A stretch of DNA of 38,957 nt. Origin: a candidate division FCPU426 bacterium. GTDB lineage: Bacteria; Oederibacteriota; Muellerivitia; Muellerivitales; Muellerivitaceae. The notes under the pieces are model-generated. The model worked only from the letters and a program-made list of their open reading frames with translations. It was not told the DNA's origin and made no database searches. The translations under genes were made by a program, and so were the position numbers. Shown one piece after another: positions 26,426-36,075 of the stretch; the stretch's first letter is position 1, and each line of letters starts with the position of its first letter. The stretch lies in contig CAWHOE010000017.1 of NCBI GenBank assembly GCA_963830915.1, forward strand, positions 1 through 38,957, read 5' to 3'.

Positions 26426-27142
26426 ATGGATGTGATCCGTTATAAGATCCAGATGATGGCGGAAGAAGCCATCCTGAACGGAAGTCCGTTCAGTTGGTTC
26501 GAAAAAGTTTATGCCGAAGCGGCCGGGGATCCGCTTGCCGTTCCATGGGCCAACTTGGCCCCCAATCCATTGCTCCTGGAGTGGCTCCAAAAAAACCACC
26601 GCCGTGAGGAAGGCATCCGAGCGCTGGTCATTGGATGCGGCCTGGGCGATGACGCGGAAGAACTGAGCCGCTGGGGTTTCAAGGTTACGGCCTTCGACAT
26701 ATCCCCCTCAGCCACCGAGTGGTGCAAACAACGATTCAAACATTCCACTGTGGAGTATCGGACCGTCGACCTTTTCGATCCGCCCGAGGATTGGAAACAT
26801 TCTTTCGAGCTCGTTTTCGAGGCCTTCACCCTTCAAGCCATGCCTGAGCCCTTGCGCCGATTGGCCATGGAGAGGATCGCGGAGTACCCTAAGCTTTACG
26901 GCAAGCTTCTGGTGGTCAGCCGGGGAAGGGATCTTGACCAGGAAGTGACCGGGCCTCCCTGGCCCTTGATCAAGACCGAGCTGGGTGTTTTCAAGAAATG
27001 CGGGTTGAAGCAGATCGAGATGGAGGATTTGGCGGAGAAGGAAGATCCGGGGATCCGGCTGATCAGGGCTTCTTATGTGGTGGTGGACCCCAGGTTAGCG
27101 GAAGACCGGAAATGGTCAAAGACAGAGGAAGACCCGGACTGA
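26426..27142 (+). CDS. Class I SAM-dependent methyltransferase (TPMT-like)
   Basis: WFEKVY..A...VPWA, RALVIGCGLGDDAE, AFDISPSA, GPPWPL. Confidence 0.88.
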   Translation: MDVIRYKIQMMAEEAILNGSPFSWFEKVYAEAAGDPLAVPWANLAPNPLLLEWLQKNHRREEGIRALVIGCGLGDDAEELSRWGFKVTAFDISPSATEWCKQRFKHSTVEYRTVDLFDPPEDWKHSFELVFEAFTLQAMPEPLRRLAMERIAEYPKLYGKLLVVSRGRDLDQEVTGPPWPLIKTELGVFKKCGLKQIEMEDLAEKEDPGIRLIRASYVVVDPRLAEDRKWSKTEEDPD

Positions 27143-27195
27143 AAAAATAATCCGATCCGCGTTCGACGTCCTTAAATAGTTATCGTGGAAGAGAC

Positions 27196-27771
27196 TTACC
27201 AGCGCCATCCCGCGTAAAAATAGACTAGCCACATCCCCTGAAAAACACAAACGACCAGAAGCGAGACTTGCACCCAAGGTTTGAGTCCCCGTTTCCAAAG
27301 CACCCAAACACATAAAACAACCAACAGCCATTCAAAAGGGGCGAAGAAGGCCCCGAAGAACCTGGGATCATAATAGGAAATGGGGGAAAAATATCGGAAC
27401 CGCGAAAAGGGAACCCAGTGGGCGTGGGGGAAGGTCGCGTGGACGGGGAGGTCCTCCAGATCATGAAAAAGCATAGCCAGGAAAAAATAAATTGCCCCTT
27501 CCCGTTTGAGGAGCCAGAAAAGGAGGATGCCCACCAGGGCCAACGGGATGGAGTGGGACCAATCCACGCAATTGCGCCAGTAGGGCCAGTAATAGATGCG
27601 GTGGAGAAGGTCGTGATGGATGAAAAGCTGAAGGATGGGTACGGTGAAAAAGTAAAGGAACATCGGAAGATCGGGGATCATCGACCCAAGAACGACCGGC
27701 CATCCGCGGCCGGGGCGGCCTTGGCGTCCCAGTAGGGCGCTGTTCAGGATGGCGTGGGTAGTGGTGATCAT
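27196..27771 (-). CDS. Membrane protein, putative metal-dependent hydrolase (YdjM-like motifs)
   Basis: M.T.TH, GSMIPDLP, HS, FHDLEDLPVH motifs and TM helices. Confidence 0.65.
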   Translation of the reverse strand: MITTTHAILNSALLGRQGRPGRGWPVVLGSMIPDLPMFLYFFTVPILQLFIHHDLLHRIYYWPYWRNCVDWSHSIPLALVGILLFWLLKREGAIYFFLAMLFHDLEDLPVHATFPHAHWVPFSRFRYFSPISYYDPRFFGAFFAPFEWLLVVLCVWVLWKRGLKPWVQVSLLVVCVFQGMWLVYFYAGWRW

Positions 27772-27809
27772 GGGCCTTTACCAACGGGTAATGAAGGCCC
27801 GAGGGCCGG

Positions 27810-29813
27810 TTATCCTTTTAAACACTCTTTCGCCGCGGCGACGATATTCCCGGGGGTGAATCCGAGTTTCTCAAAGAGCACGTTTCCAGGCGCGCTGGCC
27901 CCGAATCGTTCCAGGGTCACGAACTTCCCGTTCGATCCTGCCCATTGGTGCCAGCCAAAGGAAGAAGCCGCTTCGACGACCACTCGAGCCTTCACGGACG
28001 GGGGTAACACCTCATCCCGATAGGAAATGGGTTGGGCCGCGAAAAGCTCCATGGAGGGGAAACTGATGACTCTGGCCGGGATACCCTCTTTTTCAAGAAT
28101 ATCCTTAGCTTTCAAACATAACTGAACTTCCGAGCCAGTACCGATCAGAAGGACCTGAGGCTTGCCGCCTTTGGCTTCGGAAAGGATATAAGCCCCTTTC
28201 AGGAGCCCGGAGGCTGGGGATAGGTTGGATCGGTCGAAAGTGGGAACGGTCTGGCGTGTCAAAACCAGGGTGGTCGGGGCGGTCTTGCGCTCCAGCGCGA
28301 TTATCCAGGCGTAGGGAACCTCATTGGCGTCGGCGGGCCGGATGACGCAGGCGTTCGGGACCGATCTCATGGAGGCCAAGGTTTCCACTGGCTGATGGGT
28401 CGGGCCGTCCTCGCCCTGACCAATGGAGTCGTGGGTGAACACGAAGATGGACTGGAGTCCCATCAAGTGGGCCAAACGGAAAGCGGGTTTCATGTAGTCG
28501 TTGAACATCAAGAAGGTCCCGCCGAAGGGAATGACGCCCCCGTGCAGGGCCATGCCGTTGAGGGCCGCGGCCATTCCGAACTCCCTCACGCCAAAGTGGA
28601 AAATCCGGCCTAGGTAGTTATCCGCCTCAAAATCCCCGCCCCCGTCGATATTGGTGTCGTTGGAACCAGCCAAGTCAGCCGAGCCGCCGTAGAAGAAGGG
28701 GACTTCCTTGGCGATGGCATTGATAACCTTGCCAGAGGCCGAGCGTGTAGCCAAACCTTTTTCATCGGCTGGGAAGACGGGGAATTTGCCCGCCAGATCC
28801 TTGGGAAGTTCCTTGGCTAATGCCTGCTCGAAAAGCTTGAATCGATCGGCTTGGTTTTTAGCGTAGCCGTCCTTTTTCGAGTTCCAGGCATGTTCGGCCT
28901 TTTTCCCTTTTTCGACCGATTCCAGACAGCGTTGCTTGGCCTCTTCCGGGACATAAAAAGTCGGCTCCTGGGGCCATTTAAAGAATTCCTTCGTGGTCTT
29001 GATCATCTCGGGGGGAAGGGGACTCCCATGGGATTTCGCGTTGTCCTGAAGGGGGCTTCCGTAGCCGATATGGCTTCGTACCGCGATCAGGGTAGGCCGG
29101 GTCGTCTCGGCCTCGGCTTCACTCATGGCCTTGTCGAGGGCTTCCAGGTCATTGCCATCGGACACCCGAAGGGTGTGCCAGCCATAGGACTCGAAGCGCT
29201 TCAGCACATCCTCGGTATAGGCCAGGTTGGTATCACCCTCGATGGTGATGTGGTTGTCATCATAAAGAACCTTCAGGCGGGAAAGCTTCAAATGACCCGC
29301 CATGGAACAGGCTTCGTGGGAGGCGCCTTCCATAAGATCGCCGTCGGAAGCGATGACCCAAGTGCGATGATCGACCAGTTCGTTATCGAAGCGGGCGGCC
29401 AGGATGCGTTCGGCCATCGCCATGCCCACCGAGGTGGATAGCCCCGAACCCAGGGGACCGGTAGTGATCTCCACTCCGACCGTATGACCGTACTCCGGAT
29501 GGCCAGGTGTCTTGCTTCCCCATTGGCGGAAATTCTTAAGTTCCTCCAAGGAAAGACCATAGCCGTGAAGGTGCAATAAGGCGTAAAGGAGCATGGAACC
29601 ATGGCCCGCTGAAAGGACAAAACGATCCCGATCGAACCAGTGGGGATTGGAGGGGGAATGTTTCAAATGCCGGCTCCAGAGGACATGGGCGGCGGGAGCC
29701 ATCCCCATGGGCATGCCAGGATGACCGGAATTGGCCTTTCGGGTAGCGTCGACCGCCAGCATCCGGATGGTATCGATGGCCAATCGGTCGGCTTGATCAA
29801 AAGGCTTTGACAT
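27810..29813 (-). CDS. tkt: Transketolase
   Basis: [52 protein letters not shown]. Confidence 0.98.
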   Translation of the reverse strand: MSKPFDQADRLAIDTIRMLAVDATRKANSGHPGMPMGMAPAAHVLWSRHLKHSPSNPHWFDRDRFVLSAGHGSMLLYALLHLHGYGLSLEELKNFRQWGSKTPGHPEYGHTVGVEITTGPLGSGLSTSVGMAMAERILAARFDNELVDHRTWVIASDGDLMEGASHEACSMAGHLKLSRLKVLYDDNHITIEGDTNLAYTEDVLKRFESYGWHTLRVSDGNDLEALDKAMSEAEAETTRPTLIAVRSHIGYGSPLQDNAKSHGSPLPPEMIKTTKEFFKWPQEPTFYVPEEAKQRCLESVEKGKKAEHAWNSKKDGYAKNQADRFKLFEQALAKELPKDLAGKFPVFPADEKGLATRSASGKVINAIAKEVPFFYGGSADLAGSNDTNIDGGGDFEADNYLGRIFHFGVREFGMAAALNGMALHGGVIPFGGTFLMFNDYMKPAFRLAHLMGLQSIFVFTHDSIGQGEDGPTHQPVETLASMRSVPNACVIRPADANEVPYAWIIALERKTAPTTLVLTRQTVPTFDRSNLSPASGLLKGAYILSEAKGGKPQVLLIGTGSEVQLCLKAKDILEKEGIPARVISFPSMELFAAQPISYRDEVLPPSVKARVVVEAASSFGWHQWAGSNGKFVTLERFGASAPGNVLFEKLGFTPGNIVAAAKECLKG

Positions 29814-29888
29814 GAAAAGCTCCTTGTTTATAAAAGATCGGATTGAATGATAAGAGGATGGGAAGAAAAGAACAACTAGGCAAATGAA

Positions 29889-30311
29889 TTACAGGGGCTT
29901 GCGATTCTTGTACCCCTCCCGCGGGGTATGCCAGTGACGGATTTGTGCTTCGCCCTCTTTCCAGCATAAAAAAACGATCTCGCTATCCCGGCGCGTGTAA
30001 AAGTCCACTAAACCCAAATCCAGGTCTTTTAAATGAGCGCCTAACCCAAGAAGAATCCCCAGGTTTTCCTCGAATTGGCTGGTCTGGTTTTGGAATTTGA
30101 CCATGCATTTTTCGATGGTCGATTGGGCGGTCTCAGTAAGCCGACCATTGGAATCAGCCCCGGTCATCTCCTCGATCTCGATCTGGGCCTGGGTGCGCAG
30201 AATGACGGCTCGGAGTTCCCGGAGGGTCTTAAGGGCGGAATGGACCTGTGGGAGGAGGGCGTTCGCCTCTTGGATAGTGAACAGCTTTATCTTTGCTTCC
30301 TCGTGGGGCAT
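29889..30311 (-). CDS. DUF2203-family protein
   Basis: FTIQEANALLP, KDLDLGLVDF, LCWKEGE..I.HWH..EGY..R.PL. Confidence 0.85.
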   Translation of the reverse strand: MPHEEAKIKLFTIQEANALLPQVHSALKTLRELRAVILRTQAQIEIEEMTGADSNGRLTETAQSTIEKCMVKFQNQTSQFEENLGILLGLGAHLKDLDLGLVDFYTRRDSEIVFLCWKEGEAQIRHWHTPREGYKNRKPL

Positions 30312-30430
30312 CGGCTCTCCGAATACAACAAATTCTATTCATTGTAGGTATTGCCCAGGATGCCCACAAGGCGAAAATAACCCAAGCGGAGCGCCGATTT
30401 CCGGGGCCTTCGGAAGAAGGTTTTTACTAG

Positions 30431-30459
30431 TTGACAATATATATCATTTGCAATATATT
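30431..30459 (+). promoter_or_regulatory. Sigma70 promoter with overlapping AT-rich palindrome (likely autoregulatory operator)
   Basis: TTGACA(30431)-17 bp-TATATT(30454); inverted repeat AATATAT-N10-ATATATT. Confidence 0.75.
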
Positions 30460-30466
30460 ACCATCT

Positions 30467-30958
30467 ATGAAATCCAACTCGAACACATTTACCCAAGAAA
30501 AGATGACCCGCTTTGAGGGTCTATGTAAGGAACAAGGGATCCCTTTGACCATGCAAAGAAGGATCATCCTGGAATCCTTGGCGGTCCGAGTGGACCATCC
30601 GACGGCCGACCAGGTGTTCGAAGGGGTCGCGGATCGGCTGCCGGGTCTTTCTCGGACGACCGTGTACCGGGTCCTGGAAACATTGGTTTCGTTGGGGATC
30701 ATCCATAAGGCGAGCCATTTGGGTTCGGCGGCTCGTTATGATCCCAATACTCAACGCCATCATCATTTGACCTGTCTTACCTGTCATAAGGTGATGGACC
30801 TGGAGGAGGGTATGGAAGTAAGGATTCCCCTGCCCAGATCCGTAGGGAAAAATTTTGAGGTCGTGGATTATTCGATCCATTTCAGGGGCCATTGCGCCGA
30901 TTGCTTGAAGCAGAAGAAAGTTTCGAAGGTTCCTCAACATCGCGTCGTTGAAGGTTAA
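30467..30958 (+). CDS. Fur-family regulator, PerR-like
   Basis: TMQRRIIL, DHPTADQV, SRTTVYRVL, HHHLTCLTC, GHCADC; upstream of a peroxiredoxin. Confidence 0.9.
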   Translation: MKSNSNTFTQEKMTRFEGLCKEQGIPLTMQRRIILESLAVRVDHPTADQVFEGVADRLPGLSRTTVYRVLETLVSLGIIHKASHLGSAARYDPNTQRHHHLTCLTCHKVMDLEEGMEVRIPLPRSVGKNFEVVDYSIHFRGHCADCLKQKKVSKVPQHRVVEG

Positions 30959-31074
30959 GGAACTTCGTGTTGTTCGGGGAGGCCATGGGGAAGTAAAGGA
31001 CGACCCGCCAGTTGGTGAACCGGATCTTTCGAAGAAGATCCATAAAAACGGAAGTATATAAAAAGGAGGACGTT

Positions 31075-31599
31075 ATGTCAGTTCAAGTAGGACAAAAAGC
31101 CCCTGATTTCCAGGGACAAGCGTTGATGCCGAACGGTGAGTTCAAAGACATCAAATTGTCGGATTACAAAGGGAAGTGGGTGGTGTTGTTCTTTTATCCT
31201 CTCGACTTCACTTTTGTCTGCCCGACCGAGATCAAGGCGTTCAACGAGAAGTACGAGGAGTTCAAGAAGATGGGAGCCGAGGTCATTACGGCTTCGACCG
31301 ACAGTGTCTACAGTCACAAGGCCTGGCAGGAAACACCGGCTTTGGGGAAACTCAAGTTCCCTCATTTGGCCGATACGGCTCACCACATCTCCCGCGCTTA
31401 TGGCGTATTGATCGAGGATAAAGGAATCGCCTTGCGCGGCACCTTCGTCATCGATCCGGAAGGGAATCTCAAGCATGCCACCATCAACGATACGGCCGTG
31501 GGCCGGAACGTTGAGGAGACGATCCGCACCTTGGCGGCTTTCGAGACTGGCAAGTTGGTGGGTTGCGGTTGGACCCCTGGCCAGAAGACGCTTAACTAA
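31075..31599 (+). CDS. ahpC: 2-Cys peroxiredoxin (AhpC/Prx1)
   Basis: FFYPLDFTFVCPTE, ALRGTFVIDPEG, GRNVEE; AGGAGG RBS. Confidence 0.95.
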   Translation: MSVQVGQKAPDFQGQALMPNGEFKDIKLSDYKGKWVVLFFYPLDFTFVCPTEIKAFNEKYEEFKKMGAEVITASTDSVYSHKAWQETPALGKLKFPHLADTAHHISRAYGVLIEDKGIALRGTFVIDPEGNLKHATINDTAVGRNVEETIRTLAAFETGKLVGCGWTPGQKTLN

Positions 31600-31616
31600 T
31601 CGAAAAGTAGGGGAGT

Positions 31617-31650
31617 AGGGGCTTTCCATAACGGGGAGCCCCTTTTTTAT
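31617..31650 (+). terminator. Intrinsic terminator after ahpC
   Basis: AGGGGCTTTCC-ATAAC-GGGGAGCCCCT followed by a T-tract. Confidence 0.8.
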
Positions 31651-31711
31651 TGTCCGGAACCGTTCCCTCTTCTCTAATAGAAGCGCCCACCATCTTGAAA
31701 GAAGGTCATAC

Positions 31712-32848
31712 GTGATCCTTATCCCCATCTTTTTTGTTTTGATCGCCTTCTATTTGTCTTTTTGTGGATGGGATAATCAAAAACAATTTAAAAAAGTCCC
31801 AGAAGTTTTCTTTTCCGGTAAAAAAACACCCATGATCTCGATCTGTATCCCGGCTAGGAATGAGGAATTTCGTCTTGGCCCCTGTCTGGAAAGCTTCCTC
31901 CTTCCCCATTATCCCAACTACGAGGTCCTGGTATTGGATGACCAATCAACCGATGGGACTTACTCGTTAGCCAAAGGCTTTTCCAAGAAAAACAAGCGTT
32001 TCAAAATATTGAAAGGGAAGCCCCTTCCCAAAGGTTGGGTCGGAAAGCCCTGGGCCTGCCATCAACTGTCCCTGGCCGCCCGCGGGGAATGGATCTTTTT
32101 CACCGATGCGGACACCTGGCACCATCCCGATATGCTGATCAGGACCCTCCGAGCCGCGGAAACATCCAATGCGGACTTGGTCTCCTGTTTTACCCGACAG
32201 GAAACCGTGACCTGGATGGAAAAACTGATCATTCCCGTCATGATCTTCTGCCTGATCTCGTTCTTGCCCGCTCGCTGGGTTGTCTGTAACGACAGCTTTT
32301 TCTCCAGGTTCGCCGGAGCGGGAGGGCAGTTTCTCTTTTTCAGAAGAACGGCCTATGAGGCTATCGGCGGTCATTTTTCGGTCAGGGAGCAGATCGTGGA
32401 GGATCTGAACATCGGAAGAAGGCTGGTTCAAGAAGGGTTCAAGCTCGTCATACTGGATGGGACCGAATTGTCCTGGTGCCGGATGTACCGTTCGACCAGG
32501 GAAGTGTGGGAAGGGTTCTCGAAGAATTTCTTCCCCGCTTTCGGTTTTTCGATCCCAAGGGCGTTGGGCGGATATTTCTTCCTTTTAGCGGTCGGGTTGT
32601 TACCCTTTGTCCTATTGGTTTTTACAAAACCTGGGTCGCTTCTTTTTGAGTCTGCCCTAGCAATTGTTTTCATACAACTAGCGTTAAGATTGAACCACGC
32701 TTGGCGGTATCATTTGCCGATTCTTTCCGCTGTCTTACATCCGATCGGCTGTTCGATATTCGTCCTGATCGGGTTCAATTCCATGAAATGGTATTTGGGA
32801 AAGAACGGTGGAGTCTGGAAAAACCGTAGCCTAAGGGCTCCTTCGTGA
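31712..32848 (+). CDS. GT2 membrane glycosyltransferase (CrtQ/HpnB-like)
   Basis: SICIPARNEE, LDDQSTDGT, GWVGKPWAC, FTDAD, IVEDL, CRMY, WEGFSKN. Confidence 0.88.
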   Translation: MILIPIFFVLIAFYLSFCGWDNQKQFKKVPEVFFSGKKTPMISICIPARNEEFRLGPCLESFLLPHYPNYEVLVLDDQSTDGTYSLAKGFSKKNKRFKILKGKPLPKGWVGKPWACHQLSLAARGEWIFFTDADTWHHPDMLIRTLRAAETSNADLVSCFTRQETVTWMEKLIIPVMIFCLISFLPARWVVCNDSFFSRFAGAGGQFLFFRRTAYEAIGGHFSVREQIVEDLNIGRRLVQEGFKLVILDGTELSWCRMYRSTREVWEGFSKNFFPAFGFSIPRALGGYFFLLAVGLLPFVLLVFTKPGSLLFESALAIVFIQLALRLNHAWRYHLPILSAVLHPIGCSIFVLIGFNSMKWYLGKNGGVWKNRSLRAPS

Positions 32849-32864
32849 GACTGGTCAATAAAAG

Positions 32865-33725
32865 TCAGCCTTTGTAGAGGGAAACATGGAGGACCGTGGA
32901 GTCGAATTTCCTTTTCTTTTCCCGGTCATATCCCCTTAACCAACTTTTGGCCAGAAGTCCGGATTCGTCTTGCAGATAAAAAAAGAAATTCCCGCTGGTG
33001 GATGGGATCGGATCCAAAACCGGGTTTTCTTTCGCCCCGAACAAGGTTTCGATAGCGCTATCAGGTAGCTCCGGAGGGAACGACAAGCCTAAAATGGAGG
33101 ATCGCTTGGATCGGGTAATCTGGGTCCCCTGCCCGGAATTGGGGTCCACCGCCCAAAAGACCAAATCGTCAGGGCCATCGTTCAACATGCAATAAAGGGA
33201 GTCGCCACTTTTTGCCAATCCCAGGTTCCCGTCCCCTGCGGTAAGTCCGCCTGTCTCATTCTCGGGAAAATCAAAAAGCGTATTTGTCAGTTGTGCTTGG
33301 TAGTCATAAACGACCAAGTGGTTCGCGTTCAAGAAAAAGACTTTGTTCCCGTTACTTGACCAGGTCGGGTAATAGGATTTCTTGAAACCGGCGCCCACGG
33401 CAACGGCTTGGGCGTTATAGATCTCTTTGGGTTTTCCAACCATCGTCAGATCGTTCCCCAGGTTCAAGATCGTGATCTTGTAATCGTTTTGGTAAACGCA
33501 TGCGATCCTGGTCTTATCGGGAGATATTCGGGCCTGGTAGTAACCTCCCCCGATGACCTTCTTTAGTCCGCTTCCGTCCCCCTGGATGAGATAGACATCC
33601 TCGTCGAAGGAGTAGGCCAGGGTCGAGTCCTGGGCTTCCAGGGGACCGAGCGGAGTGTTTCCGCAACCGATCAAAAACATGAATGGAATTAGAAGAATAA
33701 AGACGCCTAATTTCGAATGGTTCAA
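32865..33725 (-). CDS. Lipoprotein with TolB-like/PD40 repeats
   Basis: Lipobox-like LIGC; DGSGLKKV, ISPDKTRIA, PTWSSNGNKVFF. Confidence 0.7.
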   Translation of the reverse strand: MNHSKLGVFILLIPFMFLIGCGNTPLGPLEAQDSTLAYSFDEDVYLIQGDGSGLKKVIGGGYYQARISPDKTRIACVYQNDYKITILNLGNDLTMVGKPKEIYNAQAVAVGAGFKKSYYPTWSSNGNKVFFLNANHLVVYDYQAQLTNTLFDFPENETGGLTAGDGNLGLAKSGDSLYCMLNDGPDDLVFWAVDPNSGQGTQITRSKRSSILGLSFPPELPDSAIETLFGAKENPVLDPIPSTSGNFFFYLQDESGLLAKSWLRGYDREKKRKFDSTVLHVSLYKG

Positions 33726-33747
33726 AAAGGGTATCCTTCGTATTGAA

Positions 33748-34212
33748 TCAGCTTTTGGTCGGGGTAGAGGAACCGGGATTTTGCTTTTTCTTGGCGATCT
33801 CTTGTTGGACCAGATGTATCCATTCCTTGACGTCAGGTTTCGGCGTAGCGGAAAGTGGGGTAGGGATCAGGGGCCTCGAATCGGATAACTTCAAAGGAAC
33901 AACGGACGCGGCCTTAGCTTTTTCCTTGGTTTTATCCACGTAGGTCTTTTGAAGGTCGTCCAGGACTTCCCGAAGGACCTTTTTTTCCTCGATATTCAAA
34001 TTACCCGAGGTTTTCTTGATCAGGGAGGCGATCATGTTGATGGTGATGCGGGCCCGGGCCAGGTTGACATCCTTGTCCTTGTAATAAGGATGTATCAACT
34101 CGCCCAGATCGATCTTGGCTGAGGAAGCAAGCATTACTATCAGGTCCACGAAATAGTAATCGGTGACACCCCAATCCCTATTTTCCTTGTACCCCTGCGG
34201 TTCGCCCATCAT
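33748..34212 (-). CDS. DUF1844-domain protein
   Basis: F..LI.MLASSA...LG, NLARARITINMI..L.KKTSGNLN.EE..L..L.DLQ..YV; ATGA overlap with the upstream gene. Confidence 0.75.
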   Translation of the reverse strand: MMGEPQGYKENRDWGVTDYYFVDLIVMLASSAKIDLGELIHPYYKDKDVNLARARITINMIASLIKKTSGNLNIEEKKVLREVLDDLQKTYVDKTKEKAKAASVVPLKLSDSRPLIPTPLSATPKPDVKEWIHLVQQEIAKKKQNPGSSTPTKS

Positions 34213-34841
34213 TCCCTCTCTCCGTTGACCACCCGGACCGCCCGGATCCAGGCGTCCCATTCCTTGCCCGACGCTTCCTTGGAACGATGATAATCTTGTT
34301 TTTCAAGGAATTCATTCAAATCTTTCACCAGTGGTTCCAGGGCTTTTTTCCCCGCCTCCAACAATGATTCACGATGAGGTTTGTCCAATTTTTGGTTCAG
34401 AACCCCTTCCAGGTGGGGAAAACAAAGGATACCGCGGGTCTGGAAAGCTTCCCGTAGTTTTTCAGAATGGGCCCAATTGAGGGCGAATTGTTTTTGAAAG
34501 GTTTGCTCACATTTTTCTTCCGATTCGCAAAGCAGGCAGGGTTTAGCTTTGGGGGCCCGCCAATGACGGTAGGGGGAAAGTTTCTCAATGCCTTTGGCCA
34601 GCAAACTGGCGTAAATGATCCCCATGGCGAGGGATTGGCGTTGTTGGACCGCGGACCAGGCGTGACGACGGCAAAAACCTTTGGACCGGAACAGATCTTC
34701 CCTCGTGATTGGGTCGGTGGCGCATTCATCCAGTAGGGAACGCATATGTCCTTGGATATAATTCTGCACGAGGAAACAGAGGGGACAGCGGTCAGGCTGG
34801 AGGATCTCCAGATAACGTTCAGGCTCTACGAGAACGGGCAT
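34209..34841 (-). CDS. Cys/His-rich protein (DUF6062-like)
   Basis: CPLC, GFCRRH, CLLC, LCFPH, FLEKQDYH...W.RAV. Confidence 0.7.
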   Translation of the reverse strand: MPVLVEPERYLEILQPDRCPLCFLVQNYIQGHMRSLLDECATDPITREDLFRSKGFCRRHAWSAVQQRQSLAMGIIYASLLAKGIEKLSPYRHWRAPKAKPCLLCESEEKCEQTFQKQFALNWAHSEKLREAFQTRGILCFPHLEGVLNQKLDKPHRESLLEAGKKALEPLVKDLNEFLEKQDYHRSKEASGKEWDAWIRAVRVVNGERE

Positions 34842-34861
34842 CGGTCATCTTTTCTTGGGGA

Positions 34862-35452
34862 TCAGAAAAGTTTCTTGGACCAAATGGAGGGCTTGGAAAC
34901 CTTTTCTTCCAGGACGCGACCTTTCCTTCCGGTGAAGCCGCTGACTGGAGAAAGTCCGCCGACCGGAGGCTTGGGTTGGTCAGGATGGTCGGAGTTCTCC
35001 TGGTATTTGGACCAGAAGTACCAACCAGCCACGGCTAAAGCCACAAGGACCAGGAACCACAAGAACCAATGGGAGCCGTTCTTCTTCTTGATCGGGACGG
35101 ATGTTTCCATCGGGGTTTGGTTGGCGTTGTTATCAGTAGCGGTGACCACAGGGGTGGTGGCGCTGGGGGTGGAAGCGGTGGCTGTCGAGGTGACGGTGAT
35201 CTTGGTGGTTTTGTTCACATTGGACCGATGGATCTTCTCCACGATGGTTCGTTTGGGAGCGGATCCATTATCGGCAGGCATCCCGATATCGGTGATCGGA
35301 GCGACGGTGGCGGTCGGAGTTACTTCGGCGTTGAGGACAGTTTCATTGGCTTTCTCACTTCGGACTTCGGACTTGCTGCCGCAGGCGGGCAAACATACCA
35401 AGGCGGCTCCTAACAGGATGAGAAAAGCGGTGCGTTGAAATGAGATATTCAA
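34862..35452 (-). CDS. Thr-rich lipoprotein with C-terminal TM helix
   Basis: GGAG followed by TTG 35452; lipobox-like LPAC; Thr-rich linker; WFLWFLVLVALAVAGWYFW helix. Confidence 0.65.
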   Translation of the reverse strand: MNISFQRTAFLILLGAALVCLPACGSKSEVRSEKANETVLNAEVTPTATVAPITDIGMPADNGSAPKRTIVEKIHRSNVNKTTKITVTSTATASTPSATTPVVTATDNNANQTPMETSVPIKKKNGSHWFLWFLVLVALAVAGWYFWSKYQENSDHPDQPKPPVGGLSPVSGFTGRKGRVLEEKVSKPSIWSKKLF

Positions 35453-35637
35453 AGGTGTCTCCAGTGCGCTAATCAATGTTAAATTCATTTTAACAAGTCG
35501 AAGCGAATGGTGGAAGGAAAACAAATTTTTCTAAAGAAAAAAGACTCAAAAAATAGATTTTGGGGGGTAAAGGGATAGATGGGTTATTAAAAGAAACCTA
35601 CCAAATACACGATGTTTTGACGTTTAAAATCGAAATA

Positions 35638-35729
35638 TGGCGGAGAGGGAGGGATTCGAACCCTCGAGAGGGTGTTAACCCTCCAACGGTTTAGCAAACC
35701 GTCGCCTTAAGCCGCTCGGCCACCTCTCC
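35638..35729 (-). tRNA. tRNA-Ser(GCT)
   Basis: GGAGAGGTGGCCGAGCGG...ACGGT-TTGCTAA-ACCGT, long variable arm, GGTTCGAATCC, encoded GCCA end. Confidence 0.96.
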
Positions 35730-35852
35730 GTGCGTCCAGTCATTGATTTTCCAGTGTGGACCCATCAGGTGGATCGCCTGGACGAAATCAACTGTCCGAA
35801 AAATTTTATTCTTTATCGAGCATTTCGTCCGGCCCTTTCCTTGAAAGGGCGA

Positions 35853-35879
35853 AAGCCGCTCGGCCACCTCTCCGTGCGT
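35853..35879 (-). repeat. 27-bp direct repeat of the tRNA-Ser(GCT) 5' end plus leader (other copy 35709-35735)
   Basis: AAGCCGCTCGGCCACCTCTCCGTGCGT occurs identically at both positions. Confidence 0.95.
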
Positions 35880-35910
35880 TAAGCAAATTAATTTAAAGTT
35901 TTAAAATAAT

Positions 35911-35997
35911 TGGCGGAGGGTGCAGGACTCGAACCTGCAAGGGGTTTCCCCCGGTGGATTTCAAGTCCACTGCCTTACCAATTAGGACTAACCCTCC
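35911..35997 (-). tRNA. tRNA-Ser(TGA)
   Basis: GGAGGGTTAGTCCTAATTGGTAAGGCA-GTGGA-CTTGAAA-TCCAC, variable arm, GGTTCGAGTCC, GCCA end. Confidence 0.95.
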
Positions 35998-36047
35998 CCC
36001 TGTCTTCGTCCGCCACGATCCATTCCAAGGGGACGGATAGGGCCATC

Positions 36048-36075
36048 ATTGTACCCAAATTCCTCCTTGGCACAA
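36048..36075 (-). promoter_or_regulatory. Putative promoter of the tRNA pair
   Basis: Minus strand TTGTGC-16 bp-TACAAT, about 50 bp upstream of tRNA-Ser(TGA). Confidence 0.5.

Noticed and set aside
35750..35835. Hammerhead-like words on the minus strand (GGACGAAA ... CTGATGGGTCC) inside the tRNA insert
   Set aside because: The core reads CUGAUGG rather than CUGANGA, stem I gives only about 2 bp, and GGACGAAAT pairs better with ATTTCGTCC as a plain hairpin.
35911..35997. Selenocysteine tRNA (TCA visible on the + strand)
   Set aside because: The gene is on the minus strand, so the anticodon is TGA (Ser), and the acceptor stem is the standard 7 bp.
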